64,000 nucleotides of DNA. Source: the human T2T-CHM13v2.0 reference genome, Homo sapiens. Where the stretch lies: assembly GCF_009914755.1 (NCBI RefSeq), contig NC_060927.1, one strand, 5' to 3'. Positions 28,177 to 44,351 of this stretch are shown piece after piece. Each line of letters opens with the position of its first letter. Positions within the stretch are counted from its first letter, which is position 1. The position numbers and the translations under genes are program-made. Below the pieces are notes generated by a model. That model did not search any database and was not told where the DNA came from. It saw nothing but the letters and a program-made list of their open reading frames with translations.

Positions 28177-29251
28177 CCCTGTGTTTAGAGGGTATGTTTA
28201 GAGGGTATTATTGCCAAAAAACTGAAAACAAGCCAAATGTCCTTCAACTATTGGATGAACAAACAAGCTATGGTTTGTCTATGTAATGAATGCACCCAGA
28301 AATAAAAAGTAGTGAACTAGTGACACATGCAAAAATATGGATAAATCTCAAAAGCATTATTCTAAGTAAAAGAAACAAGATTCAAAAAACTATATTCTGT
28401 ATGATTCCGTTTATATGATGTCATACAGCATATGATGAAAGAGCAAACAGAGAGACAAAATAAATCAGTGGTTACTGGAAGGCTAGGATTTTGCAGAGTG
28501 ACAGACTACACGCAGCATGAGGGACATTTTTGGAGTGATTACATGTTCCATATATTGATGGTGATTGTGGTTACATGACCAAAACCAACTACATCAAAAT
28601 GTTCCCTGTGTTAGCCCTTCTGAATATACTGCATAGAATCGTAGTGTAATGCATTAATGGAAATGGCTGATTTCACAGGGTATTCCCCAGCATAAAACTT
28701 CGGTTTATGTTGATGGAACATCTTTCTCATAGTTGGCTTTTTTTTTACACCAATCTAGATAAGAAATCCCTTTTGGCAAGAGCTCTAAATTTATATTAGG
28801 TCAGAATGTTTGGTGACACATTGGAGAATTACAGAACTGGGGCTTCCTTATTATGTAATAAACAAGAAACCCTCAAAGTTCTGAGCATGTAATATTTCTT
28901 AAGTATCTTATATTTCTTTTTCTGATAGTCTCCAAACCATCTTTTTCAAATTAGGAAAGCAATGGACACATTACCATTTATCACATATAAAAGCTCCACC
29001 AGGAATGGGGGTGGGTTCTTACATGTTTCTAAAACCCAGTTAAGGAAAATGATCACATTTAGAAGAAAGAATGATGGAGACTTCATTCTGTTGCAAAACC
29101 ACTAGTAAGATCAGCCTCCTATACATGGTCGGGGTCAATAGAAAACAATCAGTTTTCACCTAAAGCCATTTGTTTTTGAACATCCTCATTAATTTTATCT
29201 TCTGAAAAGAACTTGGCCATCAAATTTATATCAAATATCAGAAGATTGTCT

Positions 29252-29349
29252 TTTGGTTTTGAAAGGTGTCTGAGTCACTTAAGAATCACAGGGTTCTGTG
29301 CTTGAGGAAGAGCTACTTTGGTGTTGAAAGGTGTCTGAGTCACTTAGGA
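29252..29349. repeat. Two 33 bp direct repeats (2 mismatches) separated by 32 bp, each with an AP-1 site
   Basis: TTGAAAGGTGTCTGAGTCACTTA is exact at 29259-29281 and 29324-29346. Confidence 0.92.
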
Positions 29350-29769
29350 TATGTAGAAAGATGGCTCTTTGCCAGCACATGGGTTATCTAACATCTGAGC
29401 AGCCCAAAGTTCATGTTGGCTGTTTGCATTAATCACCATAATTTGACTAACAAGCCTGAAGTGACAGCTCAGCATCAGGATGGCACGAGGGCCACAAACC
29501 GAACAAAGAAAAGAATTTAAAAAGGAAGAGTGGTGAAACAGAAATCCCCCATTCCCCTCCATGGCAGTTGAGAATTTCCAAAATGTCAGTAAAAGCATCA
29601 ACATTTCAAGCAAAAGAGACAGTGAGGGGGAAGCCCAGGTGGGAAGAGCACAATTCCAACTTCATGTTCTCTTATTCATGGCTTTACTTCTTCCTGCAAA
29701 TCTTAGCCAGTTTCTGACTTTGGGCTGTGGCTCTGTGTGAGGTGTAACCATACCTAGACCCCAGGGTAA

Positions 29770-30134
<365 letters not shown>

Positions 30135-31419
30135 TCAGATTTTGCTGTTTTTCCTTCAAAAAATATAATCATTCTATCTCTAAGACCTGGATAAATTAGA
30201 GTTTTTTTATAATTTCATAAAAAATAAAAATGAACATTTTATTTACAAGAAACAGAGTAAAGCTACATCCCTCACCACCACTACCACCCTCCACCACCAC
30301 ACACACACCCAAAGGCATAAAAATAAATGACCATTGAGCACAGATTACTTATTTCTTAAGTAATTCAAGTCAATCGATTGGCTTAATTCCTGGGCAGTTT
30401 TTCAACTCAACCTTTTCTCTTTCAGTTTGCCTGAAGTACATCACCTGCCAAGTATTATGGCTATATCTTTTAATGAAGCATGGCCTCCCTGCTTCTTTCG
30501 AGTGGTCAACTTAACCTACTGGTCATGTGTTGGCATCCCTCCCTGAAATCAAGGAGCTTCTCCAAAAATTCTCTCCCATTTCCTGAACTGAGTTCCACAG
30601 AATACTATTTCCATGGAATGTCATTTGTGTTTAAAAACAACAACAACAAAAGGTTTATGTGGTGAGATGAGATGAGCAAATATTCATTTGTGAGAATCTG
30701 TTTTGAACAAACTTAAACAAAAAGCAGGACTCCTCAGAACCTTTCATATGTGTGTGTGCCTTGTGAATCTCCACAAGCAAATACGGCATACAAGGTTTCC
30801 CGAACTTACTTGACAAAGGAGCTCATTTAATTCTCTCATTCACAATACCTACTGTTTCATATAATACAGTTTGGGAATTTCTGTCAACCTCATAATTTCT
30901 TTTTCTAATAACAGGAAAGACTACTTCCAGTTCTAAAAATCCAACACTATATTTCATCCCCTGGTCAGAATCCCACCACCAGCTCCTAGCTGATTTGCTG
31001 ACCAGGTGTAAGTGGCACAACTGGATTCCAACCTCTCCTGCCTGAGTTTACCACTGTCTCATCTCTTCAGGTGCTAGAGATGCGTCTTTTATAGAGAGTA
31101 GATTTTTGAAATTGGATTCATCACAGTTATATTTTATGATTACTTCACACATATGATAACACCAAAAAGAATGTGCTCTCACATCACCCCAAGTTAATTC
31201 ATAGCCCAGGGGTATATAATGTTATCTCCCCTACCAGATAGTCAGCATGTACCCTTCTGCTCCCTCTTAACAAACTAAGTCTTTAAATCTGTTTCTTAGT
31301 GAGTAGCCATAACACATCATAAAGGATCCCGGATATTTAATGAGATAAAAATAGATATGACTATACTTTTCTTTCAAGCCATAGCTAGTCTTCTTGTTCA
31401 TAAAATAAAGCCTCATTTA

Positions 31420-31556
31420 GTGGCTGGTGCCTGTAATCTTAGCACTTTGGGATGCCGAGGTGGGCGGATTGCTTGAGCTCAGGAGTCCAAGACCAGCCTG
31501 AGCAACATAGCAAGACCTCATCACTATTTAAAATAACAACAACAACAACAACAAAA
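31420..31556 (+). mobile_element. FLAM-type Alu monomer with (AAC)n tail
   Basis: Single left-arm monomer GGATTGCTTGAGCTCAGGAG...GCAACATAGCAAGACC. Confidence 0.85.
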
Positions 31557-31702
31557 CCTTTATTTAAAAGGAAAATAGTTTCTCTTTACAACTATATATC
31601 TATCTGATAACTTTTGATTTCTGAAAACAAGAAAATATAGTGATATACTGCCCTTTTGATTGCTATTTGAACATTATTTCAGTTTTCTTCAAAAGTAAGA
31701 AT

Positions 31703-32001
31703 AGCTGGGTGCGGTGGCTCATGTCTGTAATCCCAGCACTTTAGGAGGCCGAGGCGGGTGGATCACGAGGTCAGGAGTTCGAGGCCAGCTTAACCAACAT
31801 GGTGAAACCCCCGTCTCTACTAAAAATACAAAAATTACCCAGGTATGGTAGCACCTGCCTGTAATCCCAGCTACTCAGGAGGCTGAGGTAGGAGAATCGA
31901 TTGAACCCAGGAGCAGAAGTTGCAGTGAGTCGAGGTCGTGCCACTGCACTCCAGCCCGGGTGACAGAGCGAGACTTTGTCTCAAAAAAAAAAAAAAAAAA
32001 A
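31703..32001 (+). mobile_element. AluSg-like
   Basis: GGATCACGAGGTCAGGAGTTCG; TSD AAAAGTAAGAATA. Confidence 0.95.
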
Positions 32002-32774
32002 GTAAGAATAAATTCAATTTGGAGAAGCATTTATTTTGATTAAGTCAAAAAATTCTGTACATATCTTATTCTGTGTGTGTGTTAAGTGTGGGTTCTTAGC
32101 ATTTGGAAGAAAACAAAGATTGCTGAGGGTAGGAGGAGGTGTCTCCTGTTTTCACAGAGATTTCAATGCTTGAGTCATCCTTGTCATTTTCAAACTCAAC
32201 TGCTTAAAACTGAGTCACAGGGGTGGGGTGAAGTGGGGATTAAACTGAGTTTTGAAATAAATCTAACAACTGCAATAGGTAGTCACCCACAACAGTCACC
32301 CAAGGAGGCCACCTCACACATTGCTCCCTCATATACATTTTCTGGTTCTTTTCCATCACTCCCTGGAAAGAATGTGTTAGGCTGTGTTCACTTCCCAAAC
32401 ATGCCCTCTCCTCTTGGAAATGACGTGGTTACTAGCAAAACAACTCTAAATATTTGGACTTTTATAGCTTACCACCAATATATCCTGAGGTTTTCCATAT
32501 GGAACAATAGTTAACTTATTAAAACCGTTGGAATAAAAATCAACCATTTTTTATTCTTATATCTCTGCATTATTGTGAGGAATAAATGAGTTGGTATTTG
32601 TAGGATAATTTGAGTAGGGCTTAACACAGAGTGTGTGTACTTAGTAAATGTAAATAATAAATGTCAGCTATTACTACTACTATCACTACTTCTACTATTA
32701 CCATTGCTATCAGTGCCTCATTCAATCTCAGAGTGTTTCCTTGAAAATTAGACCTGTGAAGTGTGTTTTAGAAC

Positions 32775-32948
32775 CCTGCTTCTCAAAGTGTAGTTCACAC
32801 GGTCTGCAGACCAGCAGTGGCAGTATTACCAGGTAGCTTGTCAGAAACACAGAATCTTTAGTTCCTTCCCAGATCTACAGAACCAGAACTTGTGTTTTAA
32901 CAAGATCCATAGATTGTTCATATATACATTAATATTTGAAAAGCACTC
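32775..32948. mobile_element. MER5A
   Basis: CTTCTCAAAGTGT...GCTTGTCAGAAA...TTTTAACAAGATCC...TTTGAAAAGCACT. Confidence 0.8.
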
Positions 32949-33237
32949 AGACAGCAGAATATTCTGGCTAATGGGATATACAGATTATCAATTCTCAAAG
33001 ACTTCAAACAAGAATACAGCAAAAGAAACTTACTCTTCTAAATTCTGAGGGACAAACCTGAGACACCAGAGGTCTGCTTAAATGCCCTGTATTCTCAGGA
33101 CACTCGTTGCTAAGAAGGGAGAACTGAAAGAATGAAGGCATGGTTATCACTAGTGCTTATTGACTATCGGACAGTTCATCTTGTATATTTCTTTGGCACC
33201 TCAAATATAATATGTCCAAAATCAAACTCCTGGACTC

Positions 33238-33940
33238 TGTATTAGGTTGGATTTTCCAGACACACATGCTGAAATAAAGATTCCTGTGACAGTGATTTAT
33301 TAGAAATGTTTCCAGAAAAATCTAGTAAGGAAGAGGAGAAGTGGAACTGGAAGAGAAAGAAGCTAAGTAAGGAAGAAATGTCCAGTGAAAGCCTGTGGGG
33401 AAGGAGAAGTAATTGTGATTCAGTCACTCAGGGGACTCTGGAGATAGTGTAAGTCCTAGCAACACAAAGTGTGGTCTGTACACCGGCAGGTCGACATCAC
33501 TAGAAAACATGCTAGATGTGCAAAATCTCAGACCCCACACTAGTTCTACCAAATTGAAATACGCATTTTAATACAATCCTCCAAGTGATTCATAGGAGTG
33601 TTAAAATTTGAAAAATACTGGTATATTTCATTATATCAAAGCAGTTCTAACTAGGAGCAAAGATGGTGAAGTATTTATATTCCATCGCTGTGTCAGTCTT
33701 TGGTTAAGGGCTGGTCCCAGAGTCCTTAATTTCCTTAGTAAATTCCCTTCCACTTTCTGCCCTCTGTGCATGCAGGCAAAGGAGTTTAAGCAGGCTGAGG
33801 TCAGCCCCTGGCAAGGAGACCCAGGATCTGGCTGCGCTCAAGTGTTGGTTAAGAGTGAAAACACACCAGGAACTTGTATGCAGGGAACTGATCTAGAAAT
33901 CCTAGGAGATTAGAGGCAGAAAACAAACAAGGCTTGCTAG
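33238..33940 (-). mobile_element. ERVL-type LTR (LTR33/LTR16-like) with a MER5A inserted at ~33460-33620
   Basis: TGTATTAGGTTGGATTTTCCAG...GATTTATT start; nested CAAAGTGTGGTC...TCTCAGACCCCAC. Confidence 0.6.
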
Positions 33941-33944
33941 TCTC

Positions 33945-34486
33945 CATTTACCTTTTTCCTCATTCTGCTCCTTCTCTGGTCTTTTCTAGCACATACATTC
34001 TTTGCCATCCATAGAACTCTGAGATCACTTTCTCTCACTTTCCAAGACCAATAGGGGACCAGTCCTCTCAGGTCTATCTCTACAAGGGTTCTCAAATCTG
34101 TCCTCCATTCTCCATCACCCTGCCACTGCCCAAGTTCAGAGCTATGGTATCTCAGACCATCACATTCCCTTTCTAAGTGCCCTCAACCCCACATTGTGTC
34201 TGCTACCTGCACACGTCTTTCAAGTTGAACATCCCCTGCTCTTCCATGCCTTTCCTAATTCTTCCAGAATTGGCCATTCTAACTTCCCATAGCAGCATTT
34301 TTGGTGTATTCTTCAAATGAAGCTGGAATGTTCTTCAAGTGAAGCATTTGTCTTATTATTGCTATTTTTAGTCATTTATAAGATCTGTCTACCCAGATAG
34401 ATTCTGAACTGCTTGAAGATAATGTGATGGCACTTCCTGTGCTTAGCACATAGTAGGTGTTTAATGAATGCATATTAAATAATGAG
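33945..34486 (+). mobile_element. Degraded L2 3' region
   Basis: Pyrimidine-rich L2 body ending GCTTAGCACATAGTAGGTGTTTAATGAATG. Confidence 0.6.
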
Positions 34487-34715
34487 ATTATTGATTCAAA
34501 AGTGTTTTTTAAGTACTTGAGCCTATGGGCAGGTGCTTTGAATCTAAACTTAAATTTAATAAACTTCTCAAGGATACAAATGCTGAATGAAATGAAAAGG
34601 AGATGAATAAGAGATGTTATACATAACCCTTTCAAGCTTTCCAATAGATGATACCTTGCTCATTTGTCACTTAGCAGATTCTCTCTGCTGCTTTGGAAAA
34701 ATGTAATTGTAATCT

Positions 34716-34877
34716 CTTTTTTTTTTTTTTTTTTGCAATTTAATCATTCATTTATTCATTAAGCATTTCTTGATTTGTTCTATGTGTCAGATTTCTTTTT
34801 TTTTATTTTTTTTAATTATACTTTAAGTTTTAGCATACATGTGCACATTGTGCAGGTTAGTTACATATGTATACATG
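34716..34877 (-). mobile_element. Severely 5'-truncated young L1 (L1PA2/3-type, ~65 nt) plus putative 3' transduction and second poly(A)
   Basis: Reverse L1 terminus ATTATACTTTAAGTTTTAG..TACATGTGCACATTGTGCAGGTTAG; two poly(T) tracts (34717-34734, 34796-34813); flanking TGTAATT(T)GTAATCT duplication. Confidence 0.85.
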
Positions 34878-35894
34878 TGTAATTTGTAATCTTTAATGCA
34901 AACAATTTTCTCAAGAATTGGTCACACTAGTTTGACAAAAGCACAGAACAGCTACGGTCAATCACTGTTTCTTATTTTAGCTATTAGACACTAATTTTCA
35001 TATCCATTGCAGAATTGAAACTGTTTTTCAAATACAAGTCTTGAGAATAAATGCTGTTTACTTTTACTAATATCATTCCAGAACAAATGGAACATTTGTA
35101 ACTTGAGTAATTAGCATCTGATCCGTTCTTTCTAAATTGTGAGCATCTCCCTCTCTCTCTCTGCTAGTGCTCTCTCTCTCTCTCTCTGGTTTAATTAATG
35201 CTAATGCATACTGCCCTACAAGAATTTGCAAGCTGTACTGAGAAATAATGCAGTGTTAGTTTTGTAATTTAGTGCACAGAGCACATTTGTGCAAAAGCTT
35301 TGTAAACTGGGCCCGTGGTCAAAAGGAGCAATTAGCACTTTGTTAGTATGCAATGATGTACTAATCTGTGCAGTCCCCAAAAGCAATTGTCTGTTCCATT
35401 TTGCCCTCATGTGCAAATTTTTTCCAGTGTATACAGCACTACTCCAAAAATAACACATTGCCTGCCTGGTGCTATAAATTGGATTCATGATGATGAAGAC
35501 ATATCAATTAGAAATATCTTCTGGGGGGAAAATGTACATGAGTTTGGTCCTACAGTTTTTAGCAAAATGAGGAAGTTGATGCATAGCCTTGACAAGGAGC
35601 TATAGTTTTCTGTTCCTCACTCAAATTTCACAAACGAAATTGTTTTCATCTTTATAGAAAGACTATAAGATGGGCATTTTGTGGGAAAACAAGATCTCAA
35701 ACCAGAGTAGTTAAACCCAGAATCACACGGATGTCGATTTCATTAACACAACAGGACTGATTTGCATTTAAACAGATGCCATCCGTTCCTTTATTTAAAT
35801 AGCACATAGGAAACATAAGAATTTTGTGCATTCTTTGGACTTCTCAAGTTCTTAGTAAAGCACATGATTATGTCAGTTGAACAATAAAAACAAC

Positions 35895-36060
35895 AATAAT
35901 ACCTTGCATTTTTAGAACGATTCTCAGTTTTCCTAAGGTATTTCAGGTACACTGGCTCATTTGAGTCTCACCACACATCTGTGGGTAGGCATTTTCATCA
36001 CCACTTTGCTGATGTGGAATCATGGGTTCAGAGGTTGAGTGACTTGTATAAAATCACCCA
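35895..36060 (-). mobile_element. MIR-family fragment
   Basis: CTCATTTGAGTCTCACCAC...GGTTCAGAGGTTGAGTGACTTG. Confidence 0.6.
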
Positions 36061-36211
36061 GGAGGCAGTATTGTATAGTAATTCAAAGCATGAGCTTTGA
36101 GGCCAGGCTATCTGAAGGCAAATTTCAACTCTGCTTCTGTCTGGCATGAGACTTTGGCTTAACCCTTCTGCACACGTTTCCACAATCTGTAAAATTGTAA
36201 TGATAATTATA
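36061..36211 (+). mobile_element. MIR, left part (resumes at ~44738-44830)
   Basis: Ends ATCTGTAAAATTGTAATGATAATTA; continuation TACCTGTCTCAAGGGGTTATTGTGAG...TATAAAGCACTTA at 44738. Confidence 0.7.
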
Positions 36212-37555
36212 CAGTAGGTCCTCATTTAACATTATCTATAGGTTCTTGAATACTGTGACTTTAAGGGAAATGACATGTAACAAAACAAATTTTACCATAG
36301 GCTAATTGATAGAAACAAGAGTTAAGTTACTACAGCATATTTCAGGTCACAAAAACACTACCAAACTTCTAACTAAAGATAAAATCACAAATCATGAGCG
36401 AACTCCCATTCACAATTGCAACAAAGAAAATAAAATACCTAGGAATACAACTTATAAGGGACGTGAAGGACCTCTTCAAGGAAAACTACAAATCACTGCT
36501 CAAGGAAATAAGAAAGGACACAAATAAATGGAAAAACATTTCATGCTCATGGATAGGAAGAATCAGTATCATGAAGATGACCATACTGCCCAAAGTAATT
36601 TACAGATTCAGTGCTATCCCCATCAAGCTACCATTGACTTTCTTCACAGAATTAGAAAAAACTACTTTAAATTTCATATGGAAACAAAAAAGAGCCCATA
36701 TAGCCAAGACAGTCCTAAGCAAAAAGAACAAAGCTGGAGGCATCGTGCTAACTGACTTCAAACAATACTACAAGGGTACAGTAACCAAAACAGCATGGTA
36801 TTGGTACCAAAACAGAGATATAGACCAATGGAACAGAACAGAGGACTCAGAAATAACACCACATATCTACAACTATCTGATCTTTGACAAACCTGACAAA
36901 AACAAGCAATGGGGAAAGGATTCCCTATTTAATAAATGGTGTTGGGAAAACAGGCTAGGCATATGCAGAAAACTGAAACTGTACCCTTTCCTTACACCTT
37001 ATACAAAAAGTAACTCAAGATGGATTAAAGACTTAAATGAAAGACCTAAAACCATAAAACCCTAGAAGGAAACCTAGGCAATACCATTCAGGACATAGGC
37101 ATGGGAAAAGACTTCATTACTAAAACACCAAAGTAATGGCAACAAAAGCCAAAATTGACAAATGAGATCTAATTAAACTAAACAACTTCTGCACAGCAAA
37201 AGAAACTATCATCAGAGTGAACAGGCAATCTACAGAATGGGAGAAAATTTTTGCAATCTATCCATCTGACAAATGGCTAATATCCAGAATCTACAAAGAA
37301 CTTAAACAGATTTGCAAGAAAAAAACAAACAACCCCATCAAAAAGTGGACGAAGGATATGAACAGACACTTCTCAAAAGAAGACATTTATGTGGCCAACA
37401 AACATATGAATAAAAGCTCATCTTCACTGGTCATTAGATAAATGCAAATCAAAACCACAATGATATACCATCTTATACCAGTTAGAATGGTGATCATTAA
37501 AAAATCAGGAAACAACAGATGCTGGAGAGGATGTGGAGAAATAGAAATGCTTACC

Positions 37556-38461
37556 GGAGAGGAGCCAAGATGGCCGAATAGGCACAGCTCCGGTCTACAG
37601 CTCCCAGCGTGAGCGACGCAGAAGATGGGTGATTTCAGCATTTCCATCTGAGGTACCGGTTTCATCTCACTAGGGAGTGCCAGACAGTGGGCGCAGGTCA
37701 GTGGGTGCGTGCACCGTGCGCAAGCCGAAGCAGGGCGAGGCATTGCCTCACTCGGGAAGCGCAAGGGGTCAGGGAGTTCCCTTTCCGAGTCAAAGAAAGG
37801 GGTGATGGACGGCACCTGGAAAATTGGGTCACTCCCACGCGAATACTGCGCTTTTCCGACAGGCTTAAAACAAGGCGCATCACGAGATTATACCCCGCAC
37901 CTGGCTCGGAGGGTCCTACGCCCACGGAGTCTCGCTGATTGCCAGCACAGCAGTCTGAGATCAAACTGCAAGGCGGCAGCGAGGCTGGGGGAGGGGCGCC
38001 CGCCATTGCCCAGGCTTGATTAGGTAAACAAAGCAGCCGGGAAGCTCGAACTGGGTGGAGCCCACCACAGCTCAAGGAGGCCTGCCTGCCTCTGTAGGCT
38101 CCACCTCTGGGGGCAGGGCACAGACAAACAAAAAGACAGCAGTAACCTCTGCAGACTTAAATGTCCCTGTCTGACAGCTTTGAAGAGAGCAGTGGTTCTC
38201 CCAGCACTCAGCTGGAGATCTGAGAACGGGCAGACTGCCTCCTCAAGTGGGTCCCTGACCTCTGACCCCCGAGCAACCTAACTGGGAGGCACCCCCCAGC
38301 AGGGGCACACTGACACCTCACACGGCAGGGTATTCCAACAGACCTGCAGCTGAGGGTCCTGTCTGTTAGAAGGAAAACTAACAAACAGAAAGGACATCCA
38401 CACCAAAAACCCATCTGTACATCACCATCATCAAAGACCAAAAGTAGATAAAACCACAAAG
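37556..38461 (+). promoter_or_regulatory. L1 5' UTR: CpG-rich internal sense promoter and antisense promoter, intact YY1 site at 37567-37575
   Basis: AAGATGGCC motif; densest CpG region of the window. Confidence 0.9.
37698..38006 (-). CDS. L1 antisense ORF0, open, 102 aa variant
   Basis: ATG at 38006 gives MAGAPPPASLPPCSLISDCC..., the ORF0 N-terminus; open to the stop at 37698-37700. Confidence 0.7.
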   Translation of the reverse strand: MAGAPPPASLPPCSLISDCCAGNQRDSVGVGPSEPGAGYNLVMRLVLSLSEKRSIRVGVTQFSRCRPSPLSLTRKGNSLTPCASRVRQCLALLRLAHGARTH

Positions 38462-39471
38462 ATGGGGAAAAAACAGAACAGAAAAGCTGGAAACTCTAAA
38501 AAGCAGAGTGCCTCTCCTCCTCCAAAGGAACGCAGTTCCTTACCAGCAATGGAACAAAGCTGGATGGAGAATGACTTTGACGAGTTGAGAGAAGAAGGCT
38601 TCAGACGATCAAATTACTCTGAGCTACGGGAGGACATTCAAACCAAAGGCAAAGAAGTTGAAAACTTTGAAAAAAATTTAGAAGAATGTATAAGTAGAAT
38701 AACCAATACAGAGAAGTGCTTAAAGGAGCTGATGGAGCTGAAAACCAAGGCTCGAGAACTACATGAAGAATGCAGAAGCCTCAGGAGCCGATGCGATCAA
38801 CTGGAAGAAAGGATATCAGCGATGGAAGATGAAATGAATGAAATGAAGTGAGAAGGGAAGTTTAGAGAAAAAAGAATAAAAAGAAATGAGCAAAGCCTCC
38901 AAGAAATATGGGACTATGTGAAAAGTCCCATCTGATTGGTGTACCTGAAAGTGATGGAGAGAATGGAACCAAGTTGGAAAACACTCTGCAGGATATTATC
39001 CAGGAGAACTTCCCCAATCTAGCAAGGCAGGCCAACATTCAGATTCAGGAAATACAGAGAACGCCACAAAGATACTCCTCGAGAAGAGCAACTCCAAGAC
39101 ACATAATTGTCAGATTCACCAAAGTTGAAATGAAGGAAAAAATGTTAAGGGCAGCCAGAGAGAAAGGTCGGGTTACCCTCAAAGGAAAGCCCATCAGACT
39201 AACAGCGGATCTCTCGGCAGAAACCCTACAAGCCAGAAGAGAGTGGGGGCCAATATTCAACATTCTTAAAGAAAAGAATTTTCAACCCAGAATTTCATAT
39301 CCAGCCAAACTAAGCTTCATAAGTGAAGGGGAAATAAAATACTTTACAGACAAGCAAATGCTGAGAGATTTTGTCACCACCAGGCCTGCCCTAAAAGAGC
39401 TCCTGAAGGAAGCACTAAATATGGAAAGGAACAACCAGTACCAGCCGCTGCAAAATCATGCCAAAATGTAA
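38462..39471 (+). pseudogene. L1 ORF1 (p40 RNA-binding protein), disrupted
   Basis: MGKKQNRK start; premature TGA at 38849-38851 (CGA>TGA, codon 130); net -7 nt lesion near 38925; native C-terminus QPLQNHAKM ends at 39471. Confidence 0.95.
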
Positions 39472-39519
39472 AGACCATCGAGACTAGGAAGAAACTGCAT
39501 CAACTAACGAGCAAAATAA

Positions 39520-43366
<3,847 letters not shown>

Positions 43367-44232
43367 ACAATGAGATCACATGGATACAGGAAGGGGAATA
43401 TCACACTCTGGGGACTGTTGTCAGGTGGGGGGGAGTGGGGAGGGATAGCATTGGGAGATATACCTAATGCTAGATGACAAGTTAGTGGGTGCAGCTCACC
43501 AGCATGTCACATGTATACATATGTAACTAACCTGCACAATGTGCACATGTACCCTAAAACTTATAATAATAAAAATAAATAAATAAAATAGAAATGCTTT
43601 TACGTTTTTGGTAGGAGTGTAAATTAGTTCAACCATTGTGGAAGACAGGTGGCAATTCCTTAAGGATCTAGAACCAGAAATACCATTAGACCTAGCAATT
43701 CCATCACCGGATATATACCCAAAGGATTATAAATCATTCTACTATAAAGACACATGCAGACTTATGTTTATTGTGGCACTGTTCACAATAGCAAAGACTT
43801 GGAACCAACCCAAATGCCCATCAATGATAGACTGGATAAAGAAAATGTGGCACATATACACCATGGCATACTATGCAGCCATAAAAAGGATGAGTTCATG
43901 TCCTTTGCAGGGACGTGGATGATGCTGGAAACTATCATTCTCAGCAAACTAACACAAGAATAGAAAACCAAATGCCACATGTTCTCACTCATAAGTGGTA
44001 GTTGAACAGTGAGAACACATGGACACAGGGAGGGGAACATCACACACTGTGGCCTCTCGGGGGTGGGGGGCTAGGGGCGGGGTAGCATTAGGAGAAATAC
44101 CTAATGTAGATGATGGGTTGATGGGTGCAGAAAACCACCGTGGCACATGTATACCTGTGTAACAAACCTGCACGTGCTGCACATGTATCCCAGATTTAAG
44201 GTTAATAAAAAAGATAAAAACACTTCTAATAT

Positions 44233-44351
44233 ATATTTTTTATTTTATTTTACTTTAAGTTCTAGGATGCTTGTGCAGGACGTGCAGGTTTGTTACATAG
44301 GTATACATGTGCCATGGTGGTTTGCTGTACCCATTAACCCATCATCTAGAT
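44233..44351 (-). mobile_element. Very short L1PA7/8-like 3' end
   Basis: TTTTACTTTAAGTTCTAGG...GTGCCATGGTGGTTTGCTG; 14 bp TSD AACACTTCTAATAT at 44219-44232 and 44352-44365. Confidence 0.92.

Larger units (their letters stand above)
21585..28580 (+). mobile_element. Ancient, heavily mutated L1M (MC/MD/ME-type) spanning ORF1, ORF2 and 3' UTR, with younger insertions
   Basis: ORF1-like A-rich segment 21585-22400; ORF2 motifs AATGTGTATGCACCTAACAAC, CAAGATAGACCATATTCTG, GAAAAAGCATTTGA, TATTTGCAGATGGCATGA, TTTTCAACAAATGGTGCT; 3' UTR TATTCTGTATGATTCCGTTTATATG. Confidence 0.88.

Noticed and set aside
29252-29349. CRISPR-like geometry (33 bp repeat, 32 bp spacer, repeat)
   Set aside because: Only two repeats, no cas genes, and the window is primate DNA; kept as a simple duplication.
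32086-32514. 142 aa ORF
   Set aside because: GTG start, no recognisable motif; length compatible with chance in 64 kb.
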